From Anaeramoeba ignava BMAN (lineage: Eukaryota; Protista; Anaeramoebae), in NCBI GenBank assembly GCA_028826165.1, contig JAPDFW010000136.1, forward strand, positions 124,001 to 188,000: a stretch of 64,000 nucleotides of DNA. The letters run 5' to 3'. The notes under the pieces were generated by a model. The model ran no database searches. It was not told the DNA's origin and saw only the letters and a list, made by a program, of their open reading frames with translations. Within the stretch, counting starts at the first letter, position 1, and every line of letters starts with the position of its first letter. Shown in pieces: positions 1 through 12,849 of the stretch. A program made the translations under genes and the position numbers.

Positions 1-3000
1 GATCCTTTACCACCAAAACCAGAAGGTAGAGATCCTAGTGTTCCTCATGCACCAAAAAGGGCTGCAAATTTAACCACCAAAGAATCGATTGTATTTTATT
101 TAATTTTTATTTAATAATTTATTAATTTATTATTAATTTATTAATAATTTATTAATAATTTATTAATAATTTATTAATAATTTATTACTAATTTATTATT
201 AATTTATTAATAGATGGCAGTAAAAAATGCATTAAGATATTTTCCTTCAGATATTCATTCTATTCTTGCACCAAAATTTTTAAATTGAATTTTTAAATTG
301 AAATTTTAAATTGAAATTTTAAATTGAATTTTTGAATTGAATTTTTAAATTGGAATTTTTAAATTGAATTTTTAAATTGATTTTTTAAATTGAAATTTTG
401 AATTGAAATTTTAAATTGAATTTTTTAGATTTATATGTATCGTTTTAGACCTAGTTATCCAATGTATGCTCGTCCTTTTAAAGAATACAAAACTAAATGT
501 AAACAAGCAGCTGCAATGATGGTTATGATTCAAAATAATTTAGATCCTAAAGTTGCTCAATTTCCTCATGAACTTATAACATATGGAGGAAATGGAACAG
601 TTTTTTCAGTTAAATATCAACAATTTAATTTAGAATTTATATTTAGAATTTATATTTATATTTATATTTATATTTATATTTATATTTATATTTATATTTA
701 TATTTATATTTATATTTATTTTTGATTTAGAATTGGGCACAATATCAATTAACAATGAAATATTTATCTGAATTAACAGAAGAACAAACTTTAATGATGT
801 ATTCAGGAAATCCAATGGGGTATTTTTGATACATTTATTTTTAATTTAATTTGATGAATTGTTTTTTAAGAAATTAATTTATTTTATTTATAAAAAAGAT
901 TATTTCCAAGTAACAAAGAAAATCCTCGAGTTGTTATATCAAATGGAATGGTGATTCCTAATTATTCTTCTAAACAAGATTATGAGAAAATGAATGCAAT
1001 GGGAGTTACTATTTATGTATATTTTATTTTAAATATTTTATTTTAATATTTATTTTAATATTTTATTTTATTTATTTTAAATATTTTATTTTAAATATTT
1101 TATATTAGGGACAAATGACAGCAGGAAGTTGTAAGTTTTCTTTTTATTTGTTTTTAATATTTTCAATTAATTTATTTTTTAATTTAAAATTTATTCCAAA
1201 ATTAAAATAGGGGCTTATATTGGACCACAAGGAATTGGTATATAAAAAATATTTTAATTTTAAATCGAATTTTAAAATGAATTTTAATTCAAAATTCAAA
1301 AGTTCATGGAACTACATTAACATTAATGAATGCTGGAAGAAAATATTTAAATACAGATGATTTAACAGGAAAAGTATTTGTTTCATCAGGATTAGGTAAT
1401 TTAATAATTCATTTCCAAAAAAAAAAAACAATCAATTAAATCTTTATTAATCTAAAAATTTTTTTCTTTTCTTTTATTAAATGATTTTTATTGATATTTC
1501 TTTTTAAAAAGGTGGAATGTCAGGTAAATTTTTCAATTAAATTTTTAAAAAAAAAAAACTTTTCAATTTTAATTTTTCTCTCTATTTAAAATTAATAGGA
1601 GCTCAAGGAAAAGCTGTTGTAATTGCAGGAGCTATTGGAGTTATTGCTGAAGTTGATGGTAATTTTAAAAATTAAAATCGGAAAAAAAAATTTTAAAAAT
1701 TAAAATCGGAAAAAAAAAATATTAAAAATTAAAATATTGAAAATTATAGAAAAAGCATTGAATAAAAGATTCCAACAAGGATGGATTATGGAAGTTGCTA
1801 AAACTGTTGATGAAGTTTGGGAAAAAGTAAAAAAAGCAAAAGAAGAAAAAAGATCAACATCAATTGCATTTTTAGGTATTTTTTTTTATTGATTAATTAA
1901 AACTCAAAAAAAAAATTGTGAAATTATTTAAATGAAAAAAAATCAATACAAAAAAAAATAATTAGGAAATGTTGTAACACTTTGGGAAGAATTAGCAAAA
2001 AATCCAGAAGTTGAAATTGATCTTGGATCGTAAATTACAAAATAAAACAAAAGAAAAAAAAAATGGAAAGAAATTTTTTTATTTAATCAAATATTTTATT
2101 ATTTAATTCAACTTTTAGTGATCAAACATCTCTTCATAATCCTTATAATGGAGGTAGATTCCTTCTTTATTTTCAAATTATTCTTTGATTATTTTAATCA
2201 TTTCAAAGAAACAAATTAAAAATCAAATTAAAAACCAAATTAAAATAAAATTAAAATCAAATCAAAACCAAAATTAAAATCAAAATTAAAATCAAAATTA
2301 AAATCAAATTAAAATCAAATCAAATTTAAAATCAAATTTAAATCAAATTTAAAACCAAATTAAAATAAAATTAAAATAAAATTAAAAATCAAATTAAAAA
2401 TCAAATTAAAACCAAATTAAAATCAAATTAAAAATCAAATTAAAATCAAATTAAAAATCAAATTTAAAATCAATTTAAAATAAAATTAAAATCAAAATAA
2501 AAATCAAATTAAAAATCAAATTAAAATCAAATTAAAACCAAATTAAAATCAAATTAAAACCAAATTAAAATCAAATTAAAAATCAATTTAAAAATCAAAT
2601 CAAAATCAAATTAAAATTAAATTAAAATCAAATTCAAAATTAAAATCAAATTCAAATTAAAAATCAAATCAAAATCAAATTAAAAAAAAAGGATATTATC
2701 CTAGATTTAAAAATGAATTTATAAATAGATTTGAAGAATAAAAAAATGGAATTTAAAAATGATAAAATAGATTTAAAAATTAAAAAGAAATTGTTGATGA
2801 AAATCTTGATTTAAATATAATGAATTTAAAAATGGAATTTAAAAATGAATTTAAAAAAATAAATTTTTGATTTAAAAATAGGAAATGCATTTTAAAAATG
2901 AATTTATAAATGGAATTTAAAAATGAATTTAAAAATGGAATTTAAAAATAGATTTAAAAATAAATTTAAAAATAGATTTAAAAATAAATTTATAAATAGA

Positions 3001-5860
3001 TTTAAAAATAAATTTAAAAATGAATTTAAAATGGAATTTAAAAATGAATTTAAAAATAGATTTATAAATGGAATTTAAAAATGAATTTAAAAATGGAATT
3101 TAAAAATAGATTTAAAAATGAATTTAAAAATAGATTTATAAATGGAATTTAAAAATGAATTTATAAATAGATTTAAAAATGAATTTAAAAATAAATTTAA
3201 AAATAGATTTAAAAATGAATTTAAAAATAAATTTATAAATGAATTTATAAATAGATTTAAAAATAAATTTAAAAATAAATTTAAAAATAGATTTAAAATG
3301 GAATTTATAAATAGATTTAAAAATGAATTTATAAATAGATTTAGAAATGGAATTTAAAAATGGAATTTAAAAATGGAATTTAAAAATGGAATTTATAAAT
3401 GGAATTTAAAAATAGATTTATAAATGGAATTTAAAAATAGATTTAAAAATAAATTTAAAAATAGATTTAAAAATGGAATTTAAAAATAGATTTATAAATG
3501 AATTTAAAAATGAATTTAAAATAAATTTAAATATGTATTTATCAATTTAATGTATATTTTTTCTTGAATTTATTTGAATAGAAAAGCAAAAGCTGATATT
3601 TTAACTGATCCAAATGATTTCACTTCATTTAAATATCCATCGTAAATGAAAAAATTTTTTTCCAAAAAGAAAAATTAGATTGAAAGAAAATAATATTTAA
3701 TTATAATTTGAATAGATATGTTCAAGATATTATGGGACCAATGATTTTTGATTATGGATTTGGACCATTTAGATGGGTTTGCACTTCTGGTCTTCCAGAA
3801 GATTTACAAAAAACAGATGATATTGCAGCTGAAGTTTGTTCTCAACTTTCAAAAGAAGCTCCAAAAGAAATTGCTCAACAATATAATGATAATTATAAAT
3901 GGATTAAACAAGCAAAAGAGAATAAATTAGTTGTTGGATCTCAAGCTCGAATTCTTTATTCAGATGAAAGTATTTACAAAATTTAAAATCAAAATCAAAA
4001 TTAAAATCAAAATTCAAATTCAAAATCAAATTCAAAATCAAATTCAAAATCAAATTCAAAATTAAAATCAAATCAAAATTAAATTCAAAATTAAAATTTA
4101 AAACAAAATCAAAATTAAATTCAAAATTAAAATATAAAACAAAATCAAAATCAAATCAAAATTAAATTCAAAATTAAAATTTAAAAATCAAAATTAAAAT
4201 CAAATTCAAAATTAAAATCAAATTCAATTCAAATTCAAAATCAAATTCAAAATCAAAAATTTTGATAAAATAAAGTTGGTCGTATCAAAATTGCTTTAGC
4301 TTTTAATCAAGCAATAAAAGAAGGAAAAGTAACTGCTCCTGTTGTTATTTCAAGAGATCATCATGATGTTTCAGGAACAGGTTTTTTTGATTAAATTTTA
4401 TTTTAGATAAAATAATGAAAATTGAAAAAAATATTTAATTATGAAAAAATCATCAATTTATTTTTTCTTTTGATTTATTCAAGATTCTCCATTTAGAGAA
4501 ACAAGTAATATTGAGGATGGATCTAAATTTACTGCAGATATGGCAATTCATAATGTTATTGGAGATAGTTTCCGTGGAGCAACATGGGTATTAAATATTT
4601 ATTTTATATTTTATTTATTAAATATTTTATTTATTTATTATTCATTTTATTTATTCAAATATTTTATTTATTTATTATTTCATTTTTAGGTTAATTTTAA
4701 TTTGGATTCAATTTGATTTAATTTGATTTAATTTGATTTAATTTAATTTGATTTAATTTGATTTGGATTTAATTTAATTTAATTTGGATTTAATTTGATT
4801 TGATTTGGATTTAATTTGGATTTAATTTAATTTGATTTGGATTTAATTAATTTGATTTAATTTGATTTAATTTGGATTTAATTTGGATTTAATTTGGTTT
4901 AATTTAATTTAATTTAATTTGGATTTAATTTAATTTGATTTGGATTTAATTTAATTTAATTCAATTTAATTTAATTTGATTTAATTTAATTTGATTTAAT
5001 TCAATTTAATTTAATTTGATTTATTTTGTATTTGATTTAATTTAATTTAATTTGATTTAATTTAATTTAATTTAATTTGGATTTAATTTAATTTAATTTA
5101 ATTTAATTTAATTTGGATTCAATTCAATTTGATTTAATTCATTTGATTTAATTTAATTGGATTTAATTTTGATTTGATTTGATTTAATTTTAATTTAATT
5201 TGATTTAATTTAATTTGGATTTAATTTAATTTAATTTAATTTGATTTGATTTAATTTGATTTAATTTAATTTAATTTAATTTAATTTAATTTGGATTTAA
5301 TTTGGATTTAATTTGATTTAATTTAATTTGGATTTAATTTAATTTGATTTAATTTGGATTTAATTTGATTTAATTTAATTTAATTTAATTTGGATTTAAT
5401 TTGGATTTAATTTGATTTAATTTAATTTAATTTAATTTAATTTGGATTTGATTTAATTTGGATTTAATTTGATTTGGATTTAATTTAATTTAATTTAATT
5501 TGATTTAATTTGATTTAATTTGATTTAATTTGATTTAATTTGATTTAATTTAATTCAATTTAATTTAATTTTAGGGTGGATTTGGAATTGTTATTGATGG
5601 AACAGAAGAATGTGCAAAGAGAATTCAATCTATGTTAATGTTTGATGTGAATAATGGGATTGCAAGAAGAGCATGGGCAGGAAATCAAGGAGCAATTTTT
5701 GCAATTAAGGTTAAATTTTTAATTTGAATTTTAATTTTTAATTTCAAATTTAATTTTAATTTTAAAATTTTATTAGAGAGCAATGAATAATCATTCAAAA
5801 CTTCAAGTAACTCTTCCAAATGAAGTTGATTCAAAAATTTTAGATGATCTTAAATTTTAA
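1..5860 (+). CDS. UROC1: Urocanate hydratase (long UROC1-type urocanase), 5'-partial, about 21 exons
   Basis: Spliced by hand at GT-AG: exons 1-90, 214-~273, 429-608, 731-819, 899-1016, 1109-1130, 1211-1237, 1303-1395, 1512-1523, 1599-1658, 1750-1875, 1966-2029, 2119-2153, 2692-~2895 (garbled), 3582-3641, 3716-3969, 4276-4380, 4484-4587, (4690- missing), 5575-5709, 5777-5860. Motifs: VPHAPKR, NALRYFP, NNLDPKVAQFPHELITYGGNG, GQMTAGSWAYIGPQGIVHGT, GLGGMSGAQ, SDQTSLHNP, YGFGPFRWVC, SQARILY, SRDHHDVSGTDSPFRET, GGFG, FDVNNGIARRAW. Confidence 0.95.
2215..2682 (+). repeat. Intronic aaaatcaaatt-type repeat
   Basis: Urocanase intron 2154-2691. Confidence 0.9.
2895..3530 (+). repeat. Intronic 12/13-bp repeat aaaaat(gg/g/ag/a)aattt
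   Basis: Urocanase intron ending at 3581. Confidence 0.9.
4691..5570 (+). repeat. Intronic ttaat/ttgat/ttggat repeat
   Basis: Urocanase intron ending at 5574. Confidence 0.9.
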
Positions 5861-6058
5861 AAGAAATATCCAAAAAAAATTTTCCACAATTTTACTTTCT
5901 TTTACTTTCTTTTACTTTCTTTTGGTTTTTTTTCACTTTCTTTCTCCTTTTTCACTTTCTTTCTCCTTTTTCGAAAAATCAAAATAAAAAAAGCAAAAAA
6001 GATTTCATTTTTTTTCAATTTATTTTTTTTTAATTTATTTTTTACTTATCCAAATCAA

Positions 6059-8871
6059 ATGAAATTAATTTTATTCATTTTGTTTTTAATTATTTTCAAA
6101 TCAACAGAATCAGAAGGATGTTATAGATATTCAAATTGTAAGGATTGTTTTGAGTATGGATGTGGATTATGGTGTGAATATATTTTTGATGTTGGAATAT
6201 GTCTTGAATCAAGTGAAGAAAGTTGTACAGGAAGGAAAGTAAATATATCAAGTGGATGTCGAGATGATGAATTAACTTGTTATATGTGGGGATGTGAGGA
6301 TTGCCAAAGTTCAACTAATCAAAGATGTCGTTGGTGTGATTGGGGAAACGGTTTCGGTTTATGTTTTGATGAAGATCAAAATATTGATGGGAAAATTTGT
6401 CCCTTTTCAAAAATTGTTGATAGAGATGTCAATTTTGATTGTAGTTATGGTTGCTCAAATTTTTTGGGTTGTGGTGAATGTAATAATAATATGGGTTGTG
6501 TTTGGTGTGAAGGAAATGCATCAGTAGGATGTCTTTCACAAGAAAGTTGTTCAAATCCTCTTTCTTGTATTAACTGTATCTTATTTTTTAAAATTGAATT
6601 AAAATTGATATAAAATTGATTTAAAATTAATATAAAATTAATATAAAATTGATTTAAAATTGATTTAAAATTGATTTAAAATTGATTTAAAATTGATTTA
6701 AAATTGATTTAAAATTGATTTAATATTGATTTAAAATTGATTTAAAATTGATATAAAATTGATTTAAAATTGATTTAAAATTAATTTAAAATTGATTTAA
6801 AATTGATTTAAAATTGATATAAAATTAATATAAAATTAATATAAAATTAATTTAAAATTGATATAAAATTGATTTAAAATTAATATAAAATTGATTTAAA
6901 ATTAAATTAAAATTGATTTAAAATTGATATAAAATTGATTTAAAATTGATTTAAAATTGATTTAAAATTGATATAAAATTGATTTAAAATTAATATAAAA
7001 TTGATTTAAAATTGATTTAAAATTAATTTAAAATTAATATAAAATTGATTTAAAATTGATATAAAATTGATTTAAAATTAATATAAAATTGATTTAAAAT
7101 TAATATAAAATTAATATAAAATTAATTTAAAATTGATATAAAATTGATTTAAAATTAATTTTAAAATTGATTTAAAATTAATATAAAATTGATTTAAAAT
7201 TGATATAAAATTGATTTAAAATTGATATAAAATTGATTTAAAATTAATATAAAATTGATTTAAAATTAATATAAAATTAATATAAAATTAATTTAAAATT
7301 GATATAAAATTGATTTAAAATTAATATAAAATTGATTTAAAATTAAATTAAAATTGATTTAAAAATTGATATAAAATTGATTTAAAATTGATTTTAAAAT
7401 TGATTTAAAATTGATATAAAATTGATTTAAAAATTAATATAAAATTGATATAAAATTGATTTAAAATTGATATAAAATTGATATAAAATTGATTTAAAAT
7501 TGATATAAAATTGATTTAAAATTAATATAAAATTGATTTAAAATTAATATAAAATTAATATAAAATTAATTTAAAATTGATATAAAATTGATTTAAAATT
7601 AATATAAAATTGATATAAAATTAAATTAAAATTAATTTAAAATTGATATAAAATTGATTTAAAATTGATTTAAAATTGATATAAAATTGATATAAAATTG
7701 ATATAAAATTGATTTAAAATTGATATAAAATTGATTTAAAATTGATTTAAAATTGATTTAAAATTGATTTAAAATTGATTTAAAAATTAATATAAAATTG
7801 ATTTAAAATTGATTTAAAATTGATTTAAAATTGATATGAAATTGATTTAAAATTGATTTAAAATTGATTTAAAATTAATATAAAATTAATTTAAAATTGA
7901 TATAAAATTGATTTAAAATTAATTTAAAATTGATTTAAAATTGATATAAAATTGAATTAAAATTAATTTAAAATTGATTTAAAATTGATTTAAAATTGAT
8001 TTAAAATTGATTTAAAATTAATATAAAATTAATATAAAATTGATTTAAAATTGATTTAAAATTGATTTAAAATTGATTTAAAATTGATTTAAAATTGATA
8101 TAAAATTAATATAAAATTGATATAAAATTGATATAAAATTAATATAAAATTAATATAAAATTGATTTAAAATTGATTTAAAATTGAATTAAAATTGATAT
8201 AAAATTGATATAAAATTGATATAAAATTGATATAAAATTGATATAAAATTGATATAAAATTAATATAAAATTAATATAAAATTGATTTAAAATTGAATTA
8301 AAATTGATATAAAATTGATATAAAATTAATATAAAATTGATATAAAATTGATATAAAATTGATTTAAAATTGATTTAAAATTAATTTAAAATTAATTTAA
8401 AATTGATTTAAAATTGATTTAAAATTGATTTTGATTTAAAAAGGTTCAACTCTATCGGAATGTGGAAATTGTTTATCACAAACATGTGACTATTACCAAA
8501 ATATGTCAGGAATTTGGACAACTAATGGAATTATTTATGAAGGAGTTTGCCAATCGATAACAGAAGATCCACCAAATGGTTTAGTTAAAATCAATGATTC
8601 ATCACAATGTATATTCCAAGATGAATGTTCAAAAATTTCAAATTGTACTAAATGTTTGAATTCTCAAAATTGTGGTTGGTGTTTAAATTCTGGAGAAAGT
8701 GATGTTGAAAATGGATTTTGTGAAAATCAACTTAATATTATAAATACTCCACCTATTTGCCCAATTATTTGTGATTCTTGTGATGAAAATAATGATGATT
8801 CTTTTGGTTTCATTTTAATTCCAAAATTATCCATAATTTCTTCTTTTCTTTTCATTTTTATTTTCTTTTAA
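6059..8871 (+). CDS. Cys-rich surface protein (signal peptide, PSI-like C..C..C.WC repeats, hydrophobic C-terminus, likely GPI-anchored); paralog 1
   Basis: Exon 1 6059-6575, phase-1 intron 6576-8443, exon 2 8444-8871 in frame with the 8503 ORF. Hydrophobic N-terminus, repeated CxxC...CxWC units, C-terminal hydrophobic stretch with no cytoplasmic tail. Confidence 0.85.
6590..8438 (+). repeat. Intronic 11-bp minisatellite aaaatt(g/a)at(t/a)t
   Basis: Fills the 1.87-kb intron of Cys-rich paralog 1. Confidence 0.95.
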
Positions 8872-8929
8872 TTTATTCCAAAATTAAAATTCCAAAAAAT
8901 TATTTTTTCATTTTTTTTCTTTTTCAAAA

Positions 8930-10707
8930 ATGAATGATTGTTTATTTTTTGGTTCAAATCAAAAACCAAAACTTATCAAAAATGAACCAGAAAAAATAAC
9001 AAAACCAATTCAATTTAAATTTGAAAATGAAAATGAAAATGAAAATGAAAAACAAATTAAACAAATTTCAACAGGTTATAATTCAACAATTTTCCTTTTT
9101 GAAAATGGAAAAGCAATAGAATATTTAAATAAAAATGATTCAAATCAAAATCCTTCAAAAATCCAAATTGAAGAAAATATTCAAAAAGTAACTGTTGGTG
9201 TTCAAAATGAAGCTATTTTAACAATAGAAGGAAATGTATTTGCTAAAGGAAAAGATATTAATCCAAAAATCCAAATGAATTTATCAATATTTCATCATTA
9301 ATTGAAGATAAAAATGATAGAATAATTCAAGATATTGTTTCTGGAGGTTTTTCAATTTATTTATTAACTTCAAATCAAAATGCTTATGGAATTGGTTCAA
9401 ATTATTTTGGTCAACTTGGTTTTGATTTTAAAACACTTGAAGAAACAGAAAAACCAATTTTAATGATGAAAAATGTTTCTAAAATATTTTCAGGAAATTC
9501 TTCAAATCATGTTTTTCTTTTAAATTCAAATCAAGAATTATTTGGATGTGGTGATAATGAATTTGGTCAACTTGGATTAGGAGAATCAAGAAAAGAAACT
9601 AAAATCCAAAAATTAACCAAAATCCAAAATATTCCAAAAGGCAAAATAATTGATATTAAATGTGGTTATTCTCATTCAATAATGTTAATTGAAAATGAAA
9701 ATGAAAATGAAAATCCAAAAAGAAAACTTTATTCAACTGGAGATTATTCATGTAATGGACTTTACAAAAATAAAGATACTTATGAATTTACTGAAATCAA
9801 AACATCTTTATTTGAAAATGATGATGATATTCTTGATTTTTCTATTGGAAGATATCATACTTTGATTTTAACTTCTAATTCAAAATTAATAGGATTTGGA
9901 GATAATGAATTTGGTCAATTAGGAACTGGAAATACAGAAACGAAATCAATTCTAATTCAAATTGAACTTCCTAAATTAAGATTTAATGAAAATATTTCCA
10001 ATTATCATCTTTATTGTGGAAATAATAATTCATTTCTTTATTATTCTCCTCCTTCTTTTTCCAATCTTGAAGAAGATTTGATAAAATTATTTGAAAGAAA
10101 AGAATTTTGTAATATTTCATTTAAAACAAAAAATGGAGAAATAATCAAAGCTCATAAATTAATATTGAAATATAGATTAAATCAAAACCAAAATGAAATT
10201 GAAAAACTTCAAGAAATTATTTCAAATAAATCAATTAAAGAATCAAATCAAATATTTGAAATGATTTATTCAAACAATTCCAAAATAAATCCAAAATTAT
10301 ATTCAGAAATTAAAGAAATTATAAATTCCAATGAAAAAATAGAAGAAACAATGAAAAGAATTTATTTAAATGAAAATGAAAATGAAAATGAAAAAGATTT
10401 TATAATTGAAAGAAAAGAAAAACAATATAAATTTCCTAAATTAATATTAATAATGAGAAGTGAACTATATCGAGGAATGTTTTTATCTGTAACTGAAGAT
10501 AAATCTAATAAAGTTACAGATTATAGTGAATTAAGTGATAAATCATTTCAAATATTTGAATATTGGATTTATTCAAATCAAATTAAAGAAGAAATTCAAA
10601 TTACACAAGAAATAATTAATGAAATTGAAATTGGAATTGATTATTTTCAATTAAATCAAACAAATCCAAATTTATTTGATTTAATAATTAACAAATTTAA
10701 AAATTAA
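8930..10707 (+). CDS. RCC1-repeat + tandem BTB protein (intronless; one apparent frameshift near 9265)
   Basis: RCC1 motifs GCGDNEFGQLGLG, IDIKCGYSHS, GFGDNEFGQLGTG; BTB motifs IKAHKLIL and KFPKLILIMRSELYRGMF. ORFs 8930-9301 and 9463-10707 join via a frameshift in an A-run; the intervening frame reads IQDIVSGGFSIYLL...GIGSNYFGQLG. Confidence 0.85.
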
Positions 10708-10799
10708 AATAAAAATTAAAATTAAAATAAAAAATCATTTTTCATTTTACATTTTTAATTTTTTTAATTTTTTTAATTTAAAAACAAAAGAAAAGAAGA

Positions 10800-12655
10800 A
10801 TGCAAATAATAATAATAATAACAATAATAATAATTACACTATTATTTGGAGAAGTATTAAACCAATGTTTTATATATAGCGATTGTACGAGTTGTTTAGA
10901 AAACGAATGTTCACTGTGGTGTGAGTATACATTTGGAGTTGGGATATGTATTGAAGGAGAAGGGAGTTGTTATGGAAGAGAAGTAAACTACGTAGAAGAA
11001 TGTCACAATGAAACGAATTGCGGTTCATATGATTGCTATTCGTGTATTAACGCTGATGAAAGTGAGAGATGCAATTGGTGTGATTGGTCTTCAGGTTTTG
11101 GATTGTGTTTTGATTCCGCTCAAAATGCTAATTATTATCTTTGTCCTTATGAAAATGTTATCGATCCAAATCTTCAGTCTTTTGATTGCTCTTATGGTTG
11201 CTCTTCTAATTCTGTTTGTAGTGAATGCCAAGCAGATACTTCTTGTAGTTGGTGTGATTTGGATGGAATTGCTTCTTGTGTTGCTAAAGAATCTTGTGTC
11301 TCTCCTCTTTCTTGTCTTGGTTGTATGTTTTTTATTTATTAAATTATTTATTAATTTATTTATTAAATTATTTACAAATTTATTTACAAATTTATTTATT
11401 AATTTATTTATTAATTTATTTATTAATTTATTTATTAATTTATTTATTAATTTATTTATTAATTTATTTATTAATTTATTTACTAATTTATTTATTAATT
11501 TATTTACAAATTTATTTATTAATTTATTTACTAATTTATTTATTAATTTATTTATTAATTTATTTATTAATTTATTTCAAAAATTATTTACAAATTTATT
11601 TATAAATTTATTTACAAAATCGGATAAAAATTATTTACAAATTTATTTATTAATTTATTTCAAAATCGGATAAAAATTTATTTACAAATTTATTTATTAA
11701 TTTATTTATTAAATTATTTATTAATTTATTTATTAATTTATTTATTAATTTATTTATTAATTTATTTATTAATTTATTTATTAATTTATTTACAAATTTA
11801 TTTATTAATTTATTTACAAATTTATTTATTAATTTATTTACAAATTTATTTATTAATTTATTTATTAATTTATTTACAAATTTATTTACTAATTTATTTA
11901 TTAATTTATTTACAAATTTATTTACTAATTTATTTATTAATTTATTTACAAATTTATTTATTAATTTATTTACAAATCGGATAAAAATTATTTACAAATT
12001 TATTTACAAATTTATTTATTAATTTATTTATTAAATTATTTACAAATTTATTTATTAATTTATTTACAAATTTATTTACAAATTTATTTACAAATTTATT
12101 TACAAATTTATTTACAAATTTATTTACAAATTTATTTACAAATTTATTTATTAATTTTATTTCAAAATCGGATAAAAATTTATTTATTAATTAATTTCAA
12201 AATCGGATAAAAATTTATTAAAAAAATTAAAAGGCGCTTCAATTTCAGGATGTGGAAATTGTTTATTGGAAAATTGCTTCTATTTCCAAAACACAACACC
12301 AAGTTGGATTGATGGAGAAATCGCATATAACGGAATCTGTCAATCATCAACACAAAATCCACCATCAGGAACAATTCTCATCAACAACACAGAAGAATGT
12401 CAAGAATTCATTGACGAATGTTCACCTGAAGAAACATGCACAGGTTGTTTAAATACTGAAAATTGTGGTTGGTGTTTGGATTCTGAAGAAAGTCCTATTG
12501 AAAACGGTCGATGTAAACATGCTTTGGAAATTATTAATAAAGAAGATATTTGTCCTTATCTTCGTGTGTCTTGTTTTGATGGATCTTTCGCTTCATTTCT
12601 TTCTCTCAGTTTATTCACCTTTTGTTTTTCTCTTTCCGTTTTATTTTTCTTTTGA
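10800..12655 (+). CDS. Cys-rich PSI-like surface protein, paralog 2
   Basis: Exon 1 10800-11322, intron 11323-12233, exon 2 12234-12655. Same architecture and same intron position as 6059-8871. Confidence 0.85.
11333..12195 (+). repeat. Intronic 12-bp repeat aatttattt(att/aca)
   Basis: Fills intron 11323-12233; same unit in 19413-20646. Confidence 0.95.
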
Positions 12656-12849
12656 AAATTCTTTATTCTTCTTTTAAAAAAAAAAGAAAATTGTTTCGTC
12701 AAGTTTTATTCAATTATTTTTATTTTTAATCAATTAATTTTAATCATTTTTAATTTTCTTTTTTTATTTTTTTCATTTTTTTCTTTTAAATTTAACAACT
12801 CATCATAAAAAAGCAAAAAAAAAGCAACAAAAAAAAAGAAAAAAAAAAA

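Noticed and set aside
1-5860. Bacterial contaminant or recent HGT of hutU
   Set aside because: About 20 spliceosomal introns and host-like composition; any older transfer cannot be judged without a phylogeny.
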